64,000 nt of DNA from Candidatus Thermosaccharophagus yellowstonensis. GTDB taxonomy: Bacteria; Armatimonadota; Fervidibacteria; Fervidibacterales; Thermosaccharophagaceae. A program made the position numbers and the translations under genes. This document shows, in pieces, positions 63,144 to 64,000 of the stretch. The stretch is taken from positions 11,856 through 75,855 of the forward strand of contig JBGOEK010000003.1 of assembly GCA_041537945.1 (NCBI GenBank). The letters are read 5' to 3'. The notes beneath the pieces were generated by a model. It ran no database searches and had not been told where the DNA came from. It saw nothing but the letters and a program-made list of their open reading frames with translations. The stretch's first letter is position 1. Every line of letters starts with the position of its first letter.

Positions 63144-64000
63144 TGCGCAACAACGAGTTGAGGCTAACGCAATTGAACAGGCTTTTCTTCATCGGCTCTT
63201 TCCTCATACCTCTTTCAGTTTACATGTGGACGCTTGCGCCAACTGTCTCATTCGGTGGCGACTGCGGTGATTTCATAACTGGAAGCGCGCTTATGGCTCT
63301 CGTCCATCCAAGCGGATACCCACTGCACCTATTATTTTCAAAGTTGTTAACCATCGTAGTGCCTTTCGGTGACATCTCGTTCAGGGTTAATTTGCTCTCA
63401 GCCCTCTTTGGAGCAGCTTCATGCACAGTCGCATATTGCATCGTCACAGATTTAACAGGCGCAAGCCTTGTGGCTTTCATTACAGCTATGTCGCTTGGTT
63501 TCTCGTATGTCTTTTGGTCTCAAGCGGTCATAGCCGAAGTTTACACAGGCTCCGTCTTCTTCACTTTGCTACCATTGCTTTTGCTCATCAAGTTGCTTAA
63601 GACCGCAGATAAGCGCTACCTATACGGGTTGTGGTTGGCGATCGGTTTGAGTGCGTGCCATCACCTCTCAGCGCTCATGAGCGCACCAGCAATCCTCATA
63701 GCCTTGCTTGCGTTCCCAAAGAAGCTGAGGCTCAAGTGGATTGACTTGCTCATAGCTTCTGTTTTCTTCCTCTTGCCTTCCGCTCAATACGCCTACATAC
63801 CTTTGCGAGCCAGAAGGGCTACCATCCACAGATACTGGCATGATGGCTATCGCTTCCCAGACCCAGCAAAGTCGTTTGAGGGATTTAAGTTCTATGTCAC
63901 AGGGCAGATGTATCGCACCAAGATGATGTCCATACCGATGCGCAGGTTGCCGGAGAGGTTTTTCTACTGGGTGAAGGTTGGTATGGCACAACTCTGGCTT
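63143..64000 (+). CDS. DUF2723 (GT117, TMEM260-like) membrane glycosyltransferase, 5' part; continues past the window end
   Basis: ATG 63143 overlaps the scpB stop (ATGA). The frame stays open to 64000, so it is not in the ORF track. TLAPTVSFGGDCGDFITGSALMALVHPSGYPLH is the DUF2723 N-terminal signature. Multi-TM. Confidence 0.65.
   Translation, partial: MRNNELRLTQLNRLFFIGSFLIPLSVYMWTLAPTVSFGGDCGDFITGSALMALVHPSGYPLHLLFSKLLTIVVPFGDISFRVNLLSALFGAASCTVAYCIVTDLTGASLVAFITAMSLGFSYVFWSQAVIAEVYTGSVFFTLLPLLLLIKLLKTADKRYLYGLWLAIGLSACHHLSALMSAPAILIALLAFPKKLRLKWIDLLIASVFFLLPSAQYAYIPLRARRATIHRYWHDGYRFPDPAKSFEGFKFYVTGQMYRTKMMSIPMRRLPERFFYWVKVGMAQLWL

Noticed and set aside
58087-64000. Two PMT-like glycosyltransferases (GT39-type at 58087-59598, DUF2723/GT117 at 63143 onward) as a possible dedicated protein O-glycosylation locus
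   Set aside because: They are on opposite strands and separated by unrelated housekeeping genes (M50 protease, trpS, scpA, scpB). Nothing in the sequence links them functionally.

Overview
This 64-kb chromosomal segment is almost fully coding, with about 50 genes. I found no rRNA, tRNA, CRISPR array or IS element, and every intergenic gap is under 230 nt. It appears to come from a diderm bacterium. The E/K/R/V-rich proteins suggest a thermophile, but that is inference and I claim no taxon. All product calls rest on motifs I recognise by eye, because no database search was possible.

Layout:
- 0.2-7 kb: secreted metallophosphoesterase, then grpE-dnaJ-gyrA-archease.
- 7-18.9 kb: a same-strand operon of seven exported envelope proteins. 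These are CarboxypepD_reg/PEGA lipoproteins, a 1096-aa beta-barrel outer-membrane protein and an LptC/LptA-like protein.
- 19-34.8 kb: mixed membrane and metabolic genes. These include a discoidin-domain protein, a PmoA-like DUF6807 protein, an AlkP-family enzyme, a fused spermidine-synthase-like membrane protein, glycerate kinase, trpA, deoC and an orphan histidine kinase.
- 34.9-50.1 kb: a 15-kb operon behind a sigma-54-type promoter. It encodes an FdhF-like molybdopterin protein, sulfhydrogenase-type beta/gamma (HydB/HydG-like) subunits, a HycI-type protease, an exported WD40 protein and a complete Hyf-type (group 4) membrane-bound [NiFe]-hydrogenase.
- 50.1-64 kb: PhnD-like binding protein, iolB, a GT39-pfkA-TPR-radical SAM-DUF362 operon, an M50 protease, trpS, scpA, scpB and a DUF2723 glycosyltransferase.

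Headline observation: the hydrogenase large subunit is one continuous frame (43996-45789) interrupted only by two TGA codons. Both fall exactly on the two N-terminal Ni-ligand cysteines (ERI-TGA-GI-TGA-GFIHS). A perfect 8-bp hairpin with a GGU loop follows 9 nt downstream, which looks like a bacterial SECIS element. This suggests position-specific UGA recoding (selenocysteine, or Cys through a UGA-decoding tRNA) at ligand positions where I know of no described Sec, in an enzyme class with no known selenoenzyme. The FdhF-like protein in the same operon lacks the Sec/Cys-His catalytic pair.
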